This document shows, in pieces, positions 7,866 through 17,400 of a DNA stretch of 25,213 nucleotides. Within the stretch, counting starts at the first letter, position 1. Every line of letters starts with the position of its first letter. This DNA is from a virus (lineage: Duplodnaviria > Caudoviricetes). A program made the translations under genes and the position numbers. Location of the stretch: positions 1-25,213 of IMG/VR virus record IMGVR_UViG_3300020345_000005. The stretch is one strand, 5' to 3'. Under the pieces are notes generated by a model. It worked only from the letters and a program-made list of their open reading frames with translations. It was not told the DNA's origin and did no database searches.

Positions 7866-10105
7866 TGCCGCAACACTTTATAAAGGGACCGTTCAAGGGA
7901 ATTGAAGAGCGCGAGTCGTTCCAGACAGAGCAGCACCTTGAGACAGCAATCAATGTTAACCTTAGCAGGGGTTATATTGAGCCTCGCCCAGCCAAGCACT
8001 GGCGGTGGTTAATAAAAACAGATGGCGTGTTTATGACGCCAACGGAATACATCAACCTATCATACGGCCAGCTACACCTGTCTGACAGAGAGGGGCAGCA
8101 AAACCCCTACCTGCTTATTGTTGGTCCGTCTAGTTTGGCGGGCGGGGTGCCCACTGTTTATTGGGTTGACCTGAACACAAACGTTATAAATTCAGCAACA
8201 ATGGACGCCTGCAAAACGGCAGACCAGAAATTTACGTGTGGGTTTGTTGACGCAATTCTTCCAGGCGCCAGGTTCGCAACCATAATAACAACACGAGATG
8301 CTGTTTATGTGTTTTCGCCCGGAAACGAGAACTCAGAATCCGCAACACTTCGCCTTGTTAACATGACCAGCTATGGCACAGAGGGTGGAGATGCTGGCCG
8401 GTACTACGACGACCTGTACTTCTATGGCGCATCGCCCCCCGTTGGGGACATTGTAGAAACCCACATGGCGATGACATGGTACGCGGGTTTTTCTGGTGAG
8501 CGTATAATGAAGTTCACCGGGGACGTGGCCACCCGCCAAGACTTCTTAGATCAGAACATAGTTATCCCAGCACAAAACGGAATCCTGCTAACCAAGTATA
8601 TGTTCTGCTCTGGCGATCCGAACGACCCGCTGTCTATCAACGAGACACTTATGCGGACAATGCCCGGACTGAGCGAAATAACCGGACTGCTTTCCTTTAA
8701 GGACTTTTTATATCTGTTCACTCGCGACTCCATATGGGCGCACGTTGACATGAAAAGAACATGGAAAGTATCAACCGTTGGATGTACTGCGCCAAGGTCA
8801 ATTATACAGGCCAGAGACAAGTTCTATTTTGTGAACAACGATGGCATCTGGGTGAGCAACGGAAGTGATGTCCAGAGGATATCAGATCCCATAGGGTCTT
8901 TGTTTTCTGATGCGCCAGAGGCGGACTATATTCCAGACATCCTTGCATACAACAACCATCAAACGTTTGTTGGCTACGGAATGCACAACCAAGGGGCTGC
9001 GACTTTCTGGGGGATGCCGTGGCGGATTGACAAGTCAAGGCTTCATAGCTGCACGGCAGTTCATTATCAAAAAGCCAATCAGATCTGGTTCAACGTGCCA
9101 ATACGCGGGATCCAGGGTGTTCATGACGGGGAAGCCCGTGAGCCTTCGTTTATTCTTAGGCCAAATGCATTGACCATTGTCTATGACTACGAGTTGAATG
9201 CATTTACCTACTACATTGATGACAATTTGAAGACCTCTGCCTTTTGCACCGATGGCGTGTATTGGGACAAGGGCGACACAATGTTTGTTCTGTCTTCTTT
9301 TTCTGATGGCAGCGGTGGAGATCCGGTCGGTTGTCGTCTTGAAACGTTTGGTCACCCAGGGAAAGATAGCGTGACACTGGGTTACCACGTGAGCGCCCTA
9401 AGTGACATATACCCAAAGATCAGATCAACAGCATATGTGTGGAGTACGACAAAGCTGTTTAGAGATAATCAGCAATTTGCCGACATACGGCGACCTCGGC
9501 TGGACATGATGAGCTGGGGCAAGCGGCCAACCTATTTTCACACATTTCCAGGGATTGGCGCAGGTGGAGGCTCTAACGATGTAACCGTACCAGCAGGCCC
9601 TCAATGGTTTATGGAGACAGAGAATGCCCCGTTCGACACCCATGTTGAAAGGTTTGATTCTACCGGCACAGTGGTTACAGATTATCCCGAAAGGTACAGC
9701 ACGGTTGGGTATCTTCAGACCCACCCCAAGTCTGGCGACCCAGAGCTAAGGCCAGACGGAACTTCTATAGCAACGCCTGACGAAGCAGAGGTGTCTGGCT
9801 TTTTCTGGAGTTCATCTACTTCAACAATGGGGAAGTGGGCCAACAACAGGTCAGACTTGGGCACTGGCGGCGTAGACAAAGAAGATACGATGCAGTGGTG
9901 TGGTAACGAGTGGTGGTGGCAGCAGCTTTATTTACCCTCTGGTGAAATAAACGGCAAATGGATTCGCTTGGGCGTTGCTCAGATCCCAGCGTTTGACGCA
10001 CCCGGTGGAACCATATCAATGGACGACAGAAGAGAGTTCCCTCCACCCGTTGGCATTGTTAGATCTATAGCCTTTGAAGTAGAGCCAATGGAGACAGAGA
10101 GATGA
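7865..10105 (+). CDS. Tail nozzle / DNA stabilisation protein (P22 gp10 / T7 gp12-like, beta-propeller)
   Basis: 746 aa with EITGLLSFKDFLYLFTRDSIW and VGCTAPRSII...FYFVNNDGIWVSNG...RISDPI blade motifs, plus TIVYDY. Follows the adaptor. Confidence 0.75.
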   Translation: MPQHFIKGPFKGIEERESFQTEQHLETAINVNLSRGYIEPRPAKHWRWLIKTDGVFMTPTEYINLSYGQLHLSDREGQQNPYLLIVGPSSLAGGVPTVYWVDLNTNVINSATMDACKTADQKFTCGFVDAILPGARFATIITTRDAVYVFSPGNENSESATLRLVNMTSYGTEGGDAGRYYDDLYFYGASPPVGDIVETHMAMTWYAGFSGERIMKFTGDVATRQDFLDQNIVIPAQNGILLTKYMFCSGDPNDPLSINETLMRTMPGLSEITGLLSFKDFLYLFTRDSIWAHVDMKRTWKVSTVGCTAPRSIIQARDKFYFVNNDGIWVSNGSDVQRISDPIGSLFSDAPEADYIPDILAYNNHQTFVGYGMHNQGAATFWGMPWRIDKSRLHSCTAVHYQKANQIWFNVPIRGIQGVHDGEAREPSFILRPNALTIVYDYELNAFTYYIDDNLKTSAFCTDGVYWDKGDTMFVLSSFSDGSGGDPVGCRLETFGHPGKDSVTLGYHVSALSDIYPKIRSTAYVWSTTKLFRDNQQFADIRRPRLDMMSWGKRPTYFHTFPGIGAGGGSNDVTVPAGPQWFMETENAPFDTHVERFDSTGTVVTDYPERYSTVGYLQTHPKSGDPELRPDGTSIATPDEAEVSGFFWSSSTSTMGKWANNRSDLGTGGVDKEDTMQWCGNEWWWQQLYLPSGEINGKWIRLGVAQIPAFDAPGGTISMDDRREFPPPVGIVRSIAFEVEPMETER

Positions 10106-10890
10106 GGCGGCGATTTGACTACAACAACAGAGTCAAAAGCAGCGGCCTTGGTCAACCAGACAGCATACATCATTTGATAACAGCGGAAGATGCGCTTGAG
10201 AAAATAGACAACATTGGTGTAACAGTGGCGCCGGGCGAACCGCTAAGTGCAATCATTAGCTCACTGGGCCAACTTGGCGGTCGGATATTCCTGACCGAGG
10301 GGACACACGCTGTTGTCTCTACCATAGAAATAACAACCCCGGTTCAAATCATTGGGCTAACCCCAGGGCGCACAAGAATAACCCGCCTTGTTGACTCAAC
10401 AGACCCAATCATTCGAGTTTCTTCTGACAAGGTAAAGCTAGAGAACATTAGGTTTACAGACACACACCAGAACTCAAACCTAATTGAAGTTTATGGTGAT
10501 GATTGTGACATCAATGATTGCGTCTTTGATTCATTCAAGACAGCAATACACCTGGGATTTAACACAGGGAGAACGCTTTCCCCGACAAGAACATCAATTA
10601 CCAGATGTAGATTTGTTGAGGGCAAAACAACCGGGGTTGCGGGTGGAGATGGAAAAGATATATACTCCCCGGCAATATATTTAAATAGTACAACAGAGGC
10701 AATCGTCGCTGGCAATCAGCTTGGCGAATACGCCTCCCCCTCTAGTACAGACACAAACGTCATTGAAACCTCTGCAAGTACAACAAACTCCACCTTCACA
10801 ATGAACGTGGCCCCAAGTTGGAATATAAGATATAAAGGGGGGAGTGGAAATGTAAACGCAGGTAATGTAGCAACGGTGGTAACCTTCTAA
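10102..10890 (+). CDS. Second beta-helix (NosD/pectin lyase-like) protein, possible tailspike-like appendage
   Basis: LGGRIFLTEGTH cap, then rungs VKLENIRF, CDINDCVF, SITRCRF, IVAGNQL, FTMNV. ATGA overlap with the nozzle gene. Confidence 0.65.
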   Translation: MRRRFDYNNRVKSSGLGQPDSIHHLITAEDALEKIDNIGVTVAPGEPLSAIISSLGQLGGRIFLTEGTHAVVSTIEITTPVQIIGLTPGRTRITRLVDSTDPIIRVSSDKVKLENIRFTDTHQNSNLIEVYGDDCDINDCVFDSFKTAIHLGFNTGRTLSPTRTSITRCRFVEGKTTGVAGGDGKDIYSPAIYLNSTTEAIVAGNQLGEYASPSSTDTNVIETSASTTNSTFTMNVAPSWNIRYKGGSGNVNAGNVATVVTF

Positions 10891-11402
10891 TGGCAATCAT
10901 AACCAAACCACATACGTTCACAGCAGGTCAGGCCGCAGTGGCCAGTGAAGTTAATAGTAACTTTGACACACTTTACTCTGCTGTTAACGGTGGCCTAGAC
11001 ACAACTAATATATCAACCAATAAGCATCTGATTACATGGACGTTGCAGGCAACGCTTCAGTCGCCTGCGGCTACAGAGTATTTTTGCATAAGAACCCCAT
11101 CTGGGATTGGCGCTGTTACGCTTTTGGAGATGAGTGTCATTGCGGGCCAATCAGCAGGAATGGCTGGCCAGATAACAGTTGACCTGCTTGAAGTAACAAA
11201 CCCAGCTGGCCCTGCCTTTAGTGCAGCAATAAACACATCGTCTGCAGTATGCACCGCGTTGTTTACCCCAGCAACTGTTACATCTTTTACGGGTACGGTT
11301 GCTGCAAATAAGACCTTGGCATTCAAAGTAGAGTCAACTGCAGCTTGGACAGGCAACAACGTAACACTTTGTCTAATTGGCAAGTCATTGATTCAATCGT
11401 AA
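10890..11402 (+). CDS. Short tail fibre/needle-like virion protein
   Basis: N-terminal HTFTAGQAAVASEVNSNFDTLY..VNGGLD..NI motif, a pattern common at the start of phage tail appendage proteins, followed by a beta-rich C-terminal domain. Confidence 0.55.
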   Translation: MAIITKPHTFTAGQAAVASEVNSNFDTLYSAVNGGLDTTNISTNKHLITWTLQATLQSPAATEYFCIRTPSGIGAVTLLEMSVIAGQSAGMAGQITVDLLEVTNPAGPAFSAAINTSSAVCTALFTPATVTSFTGTVAANKTLAFKVESTAAWTGNNVTLCLIGKSLIQS

Positions 11403-11412
11403 GGAGAGGCTT

Positions 11413-11820
11413 ATGTCACTTATTTACAAGGCAGAAGATCACAAAAAGTCCAACAAAACTGACACTTCTCAGTTTGGAAAATACCTCGGGAAGTTAGGCG
11501 CTATTGCAGGAGGGCTTCTCGGTAGCGTGGGTGGGCCTGCTGGAACAGTTATTGGGTCTGCAGCTGGTGGTGCTCTTGGGCTGTTTGGTGGCGAAAGCGG
11601 AAAGGATCAATACCTAAAGCAAATGACCGACAAAGAGCAGTGGATGCCGCTTACTTCTGCCTCAATGGGCGGCGGTGCATTCAATTGGACAAACCCCGCC
11701 GTAAACCCAATGTTAGAGCGCATGGGTTTTGGTGGAGAAGCCGGAAGGGCGCTCGAAGACGAGTATGAAAAAGAACAAAAGAGACAAGCAATAATGTCAA
11801 TGCTGACAGCGGGGATTTAG
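11413..11820 (+). CDS. Putative ejection/DNA-transfer protein with glycine zipper
   Basis: GAIAGGLLGSVGGPAGTVIGSAAGGALGLFGG (GxxxG array). First gene after the tail genes, as for P22 gp7 / T7 gp14. AAGGAG SD. Confidence 0.55.
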   Translation: MSLIYKAEDHKKSNKTDTSQFGKYLGKLGAIAGGLLGSVGGPAGTVIGSAAGGALGLFGGESGKDQYLKQMTDKEQWMPLTSASMGGGAFNWTNPAVNPMLERMGFGGEAGRALEDEYEKEQKRQAIMSMLTAGI

Positions 11821-11822
11821 TT

Positions 11823-13058
11823 ATGGCTTTTAGGTTTCAACAACAAGACAACAGGAGCAAGGGCCAGTCGAGTAACGCTGGGCTTCCAAAGGGGGCGCCA
11901 CCTGTTCCATCTGTCCCTGCCCCGGCATCGGTTTCTCGCGTTGAATCAACGCAACCACCAAGAGCAGGTGGATCGCCAGCATACCAACCACCACCACAGC
12001 AGCAGCAAACGCCGGTTCAGCAGGTTGCTCGTGCGCGAATGCAGCAGGCGCAAGCCAGCCCGGTATCAAGGCAACCGGCTCAGATTAGGCCAATGGCTGC
12101 AACATCTCCCCACCCGGTAGGGGCAATGAATCAAGCGATGGCAGCGCAGGCACTTTCAACTCCCGTTGCCGGGGTTGGCATGCAGTACAATCCAATGGCA
12201 GCGCAAGCCCCTATGTCACCTTACATGCTACAGGTTGAAGGGGCAGAAGAGCCGGTAGACGCCAGTGAAGTGCATACGCCCACCGAAGTCCCACACTATG
12301 ACCCTGATGCTTCACAAGAGAAGTCCGATAAGCAGTTCACAGGTAAAAACCCAGTTTACCAAACAATGACTTCTGATGGGCTAACAACAGAAGCAGACCC
12401 TGAAGACATTGTGGGTCTTGTTGCTAAAAAGATGATGGAGGGCGCAGGCGTTTTATCAGATGAGGACATTGAGGACAGGGTTGAGAGGTTCAGGAAAGCC
12501 CAGTGGGATCAGGCCAGGCGCAGAATGTATGAAAGAAAAATAGAGCTGGCCCAGACTGGCCTGATGGGGACCGGCGCGGGCCAAATGGCACTGGCGGCAA
12601 TGGAAATGGAAGCGGCAAGAGACATTGGGAACGCAGAGGCAGACATGCGAGTTGACCTTCTGAGGGCTAACATGCAAGCAGAAGCGCAGTACTTAAATAC
12701 TATTGGTGGATATGCAAACAACATGCGTGCCCAGAATCTTATGGAACAGCAGGCTGTTATTGATGCGGCAATGCAAGGGCCAGAGGCATTGAACGAGCTA
12801 CTTGGTGCCAATGGCTTTACCCCGAAAGATTACGAAAAGCTAAGTCAGGAGCTGAGAGACTGCGGCAGCAATCTTGCCTGTGTTCTTGAAAAGTTGATGT
12901 CTATAAAGCTAACCAAGGGCGACACCCTTGCATATGTAGAGCCTGGAAGCGACGCGCCACGGCTGGATGAAGAGGGGAAAATATTGCCACCTAAGAGGCA
13001 CTGGGAGAGTTCCCTTTCTGGGTCGGGAGCCGACACAGGGTCGGGACTGCCCGGCTAA
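11823..13058 (+). CDS. Putative internal virion/ejection protein
   Basis: About 140 aa of P/Q/A/M-rich disordered N-terminus, then a helical region with LAQTGLMGTGAGQMALAAME. Position within the ejection cassette. Confidence 0.55.
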   Translation: MAFRFQQQDNRSKGQSSNAGLPKGAPPVPSVPAPASVSRVESTQPPRAGGSPAYQPPPQQQQTPVQQVARARMQQAQASPVSRQPAQIRPMAATSPHPVGAMNQAMAAQALSTPVAGVGMQYNPMAAQAPMSPYMLQVEGAEEPVDASEVHTPTEVPHYDPDASQEKSDKQFTGKNPVYQTMTSDGLTTEADPEDIVGLVAKKMMEGAGVLSDEDIEDRVERFRKAQWDQARRRMYERKIELAQTGLMGTGAGQMALAAMEMEAARDIGNAEADMRVDLLRANMQAEAQYLNTIGGYANNMRAQNLMEQQAVIDAAMQGPEALNELLGANGFTPKDYEKLSQELRDCGSNLACVLEKLMSIKLTKGDTLAYVEPGSDAPRLDEEGKILPPKRHWESSLSGSGADTGSGLPG

Positions 13059-13099
13059 ATGCAGAACTAACCCAAACTAACGCAACATAGGGGGCTTTC

Positions 13100-14401
13100 A
13101 TGGCCGTATTTGGAAACATTTTAGATCGAATAGCGAACAAGAAATCAAAGCTGCAGCAGTCCGAGACTGAAAAGCGACGAATTGATGAAATGGTGCGGGC
13201 AAATAAAGAAGAAGCAGCTCGCCGGGAAAGAGAGTCCTTTCTAAAGCCTGTAATGGAGCAGCGAGCTAGGGACGCTCAAACCTATAGCTTGCCTGGCGTA
13301 ATGGGTCTGGCCAAGGGGGCCGAAGACGAGTTCCGTGCCAAGCGTCAGGAGGGTCGGGCCGTAGCCAAGGAGGACCGCGCAAAGACTAAGGAATTCCGCA
13401 CGGAAGCTTCATTTATTAGAGCACAGCGGCTTGCAGACTCCACCGAAAACCTAAGCAGAATTAAACGAGCACAACTTGCTGGCATCCCTCTGGATGATGT
13501 TGAGCTTGTGGGTGGCCCCAGCCCACAAGACAGAGCGAGACTAGCTGCACAGGCAAAGCAGCTTACCAGTCAACAAGTCCTTGATAACAAAATGAGAGCG
13601 GCTGAACTACAGCTTAGATTTCAATCAACAAACAGGGCCAAAAGACAAATAAGCGAGCAAGCGAAAGTTGATCAAGGCGCGGAAAAAACCTATGCCACTT
13701 TACCGGAAACAGTTCTTGCGTTCGATGTGCCAGACGCCACGGAGCCAAAGAAAAAAAGAAACAAAAGCGGCGGCGGCGGCGGCGGCGGCATGTGGACTCT
13801 TTATGCGGGGCAAGAGGTAAGCGAAAAGGGCAAAAAAAGAAGAAGGATTTTTAGCAAGAAGACGCTGCAAGATTCAGCAACAGTTGACGAAAAGAACAGA
13901 ATCCGCCTGCTTTATTCTGTTGAGCTAAAGGCCAGAAAGGCAGCAAAAAAAGGCGAGGTCATGGCAGATATTGAAGCGACGAGTAGGGCGCTTTTGGGCA
14001 GGGTTATTAAGGACTCTGGCGACCTTGCTCAGGCTCTCAAAAGCGAGCGAAGGGGCATGTTGAGTGGGATTGCAAACAGGTCTGGCGCCAAGCGGTATTC
14101 GGAGCCAAAGGATGGAACCAAACTACAACGACAAAAGTGGAAAGAGAAACTAAACATTACTTTCTTACCAACCCGTGGATACGTTACAAAAAAACTTGAG
14201 CGGATGGCGAACCAGTGGGCACTAACAAAAGCCGGAAAAAAACCAAGAAGAGGAGACAAGGACGCCGACGGCAATCCGCTATATGCTAGCAATGCTGAAC
14301 ACGCAGCAGCGACCGAGGTTTGGGCAAAAGAAGCAAACAGCATTGCGGCGCTTCGCTTGGAGAGACTTAGGGGCGAGTACGGCATGGGTGGAACTAAGTA
14401 A
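13100..14401 (+). CDS. Putative internal virion/ejection protein, basic and coiled-coil
   Basis: 433 aa, K/R-rich and helical, with a Gly7 linker. GGGGG SD-like run upstream and TAATG coupling to the giant gene. Confidence 0.55.
   Translation: MAVFGNILDRIANKKSKLQQSETEKRRIDEMVRANKEEAARRERESFLKPVMEQRARDAQTYSLPGVMGLAKGAEDEFRAKRQEGRAVAKEDRAKTKEFRTEASFIRAQRLADSTENLSRIKRAQLAGIPLDDVELVGGPSPQDRARLAAQAKQLTSQQVLDNKMRAAELQLRFQSTNRAKRQISEQAKVDQGAEKTYATLPETVLAFDVPDATEPKKKRNKSGGGGGGGMWTLYAGQEVSEKGKKRRRIFSKKTLQDSATVDEKNRIRLLYSVELKARKAAKKGEVMADIEATSRALLGRVIKDSGDLAQALKSERRGMLSGIANRSGAKRYSEPKDGTKLQRQKWKEKLNITFLPTRGYVTKKLERMANQWALTKAGKKPRRGDKDADGNPLYASNAEHAAATEVWAKEANSIAALRLERLRGEYGMGGTK
13769..13789 (+). repeat. 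(GGC)7 microsatellite encoding Gly7
   Basis: Read directly: ggcggcggcggcggcggcggc. Confidence 0.9.
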
Positions 14402-17400
14402 TGAGCAGGGGTAGGCGCCGTGGCCGAGATGACGAATACCAGAACCCTTTTTCATCTGGTAAGTTTTTTAAGCCAACATCATACGGTAGAGAAAAACGGG
14501 ATTCATACGATGAAATCCTAGAGCTGGCCAATTTACTTGGTGACGACTCCACCACTGCGATTGAAGCGGGGAAAGATGGCCTTGCCGAGGACGCTCTTGC
14601 AGAAGGTTTTAAGATATCTCCAGTCGAACCCCCGCCCGGCCAGCCTGAAGCCCCGGAAAAGCCCACAGTCTTGGACGGTGGCTGGCTAACAGAGCAAGGG
14701 TTCTGGAAGCCAGAGAACGTTGCTAAAGAAGAAGAGATTGCCAAAAAACACTGGCAAGACAAGATCCCCACCGTCAAAAGAGTTGGCAGGATTTACCGTA
14801 GCTTTGGTCGGCAAACTGGAGAAGCAGACGTAACCTTTCCAGATAAAACCGTCAGAAGAATGCCCTATACAGAGGCTTACAAGTTTATAAAACAGCCAGA
14901 CGAGACTTGGGCCGACTATGCAGCGCGGCGACAGGCTGAGTCTTCTGGACTAAAAAAAGCACTGCCGTCACTTTATGACAAAGACGCACGGGTAATTGAT
15001 GCGGCAACAGACCCAGTAAAAACAACCAGGAAAACAGCTGCAGGCGTAGTCCAAGAAACAACACCCGGAACGCCCGGCATAGACGCAAGTGTCGATGTCC
15101 GTGAGCGCCACGGCTTGGTCAAGCAAGAGCCTTACAGCCTTGCCGGTCAGCTGGCAGAGTCCGAAAGTTTGATTGAAAAGGTTGGAGATGTTGCAGTTTT
15201 CGCGGCGTTGCCCTTTTATCAAGCAGGCCTTCGGTTGGCAAAGGACACAGCTGGGGCGTGGAAGGCCGTTGGCGTAAACCCAACCACAATCCAGCGGGTT
15301 GCACAACGCCAGCTAAACATGATTGCCAAGGCAGGCGGAACTGGGTTTAACCTCATCAACCTTATTTATGAAGCCCCCGACTTTTTACAAAGCATGCTTC
15401 CGACTCTTTCAGAAACCCCCGGAAGGCCGCAGTCATTGCAAGAAAGAAGGGAGGCAAGGCGCCAACGGCTTGGCATAGACAAAGTAACCCTCGGGGACTA
15501 CGTTGATTTCAGGATACCCACAGAAGAAGAGCTTCTGAAGCGCGCACAGTACGAACCAAACACAAGAACTGCATTTGGTGACGACCAGATAACAAAAAAC
15601 GAATGGGGCAATCTTGCCGCCTACGCTGCAAACAGAGCGCACATTGTTGGTGACAGCAGTCGGGTGCTTGGTGGTGACTTATCAGAGCAAGCGCCTGTTG
15701 TGGAGCCTATTCACACCTCTTCTGATGTTACTGGGCTTCCGATGCCACAAAAGATGGCTCAAGTTACTTTTGCAAATGGCAAAGAAGAGGTCATGCCATT
15801 AGAGCAGGCCATGGATGTTTTGGCCGAGCACCGAAAGAAAAACCCCAAAGGGCATTGGGAAGAAGAAGAGTGGGATGAGTTTAGCGCAGATCGGTTTTGG
15901 GACAACACTCTCGCAGAAATGGAAGGGCTTGTAAGCATTATCCCTGCAGTTGTGTCTGGAGTAATGTGGGTAGGCTCTGGTCGTCGATTAGAACAAGTCG
16001 CTGGAACCTCTGCCCACTACCTTGTTGGAGAAACTGCGGCATTCACGGGCGAACACTTGGCAATGCTTGCAAAGGGCGACATTGACAAGTTTGTTGAAAC
16101 GGGCCTTATCTCGGCAATTGCAGACGTTGGTCTTCTTTGGGGTGGTGTTTCGACTGCTGCCACTGCCAGGGCAAGTCAATTATTAAGAAAAGCAGAGCAC
16201 GCTTCTGGCGCAAGCAACTCAGCATCCAGGATACAGCAGGCTGCTAATAATATTATAATCAACGAAAACCAAGCTGCACAGACCGGGCGCCAAGGGCAAA
16301 GCGCAAGCCGAGCTTCAAAGTCTGCCAATGAGGCAAGTAGGATAAGGAATGAGGTTAGCGAGCTTGAGTCTAAGCTGGCAAAAGCCGAGGCCGAGCTAAA
16401 AAGAGCTGGACAAATCAATAGGCGAGCATCATTTATTGCTGAGTCTTCGTTGTACGAATCAATGGGTGTGGTTGATGAAGCACAAATTGCAAGACTGCAA
16501 GAAGCTGTTGCTAACACAAAGGCCGAATTAGATTCATTGCGACGAAAGTCTGTTGCCGCCGATTTGCTTGCCCAAAAAGCCCAAGAGCAGTCTGCGCTAT
16601 TTACGGCTACAGATGAAATCGTTGGCTCTCAAGAGATGCGATTGGGAGGAAAACGCGAGGGTGAAGTATCAAACCTGCCCAGCGAGCTTCAGGGTCTACA
16701 TGGAACATATGATGACCTAACCAAAGAGTTAAGCGATGCCATAGAGGCTGAAGGCAGATACCTTAACGAAGCAAGACAAACGCTAGACATTATAGAGGAT
16801 GCGGCAAAAACAGAACGGGCTGCTGTGTCTGCTGTTGAAAGACAGTCTATTCATGACCGTTTTGTGTCAAAAAATAAAACTAAGTCTGCAGACGCTTTAG
16901 CACGTGAAGCCATTGCGGGATTGAAAAAGACAGAACCACCTAGCCCAGGCAGAGATCCTGACATTGGCATTAAGCAAGCCCTTGAGTCCATATCAAAAAG
17001 AAGGTCAGACGAGCTAGGGGAGTACACCACTGCGACTGGTGAGCTAAACGACAAAGCGATAGATCTTATTACTAAAGGAAAGCTTGAGTCCGTGCCTGTA
17101 GAGATTTTATACAGGTATCAAAGAAGGATTAGAAATAAGTATCGATCACTAGATAATGGCGAGTTGGGCGCCAACTTAGAACTGAAGCTAGATGCTCGCC
17201 TAAAGGAACGACCAAAGACCCTGAAAGAAGAGGGCTTGATCGCAGGAGGAGACAATCTTCCTAGCCCGCTGAAAATGAAGGCTCAGGAAATAGCAAAAGA
17301 ACGAAACCAGCTCCAGTCAAACCTGCGGCTTGCTGGCCATGAAAAAATAAAAAACATTGCAGAGAGATTAGCATCTGGCGAAATGCAGTATGTTGACCTT

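Noticed and set aside
13748-13840. A-runs as programmed frameshift sites
   Set aside because: Explained by Lys/Arg codons. No useful alternative-frame ORF or stimulatory structure seen.
14255-14275. DKDADG as a DxDxDG calcium-binding loop (adjacent RGD)
   Set aside because: Single short match in a charged region without supporting context; likely chance.
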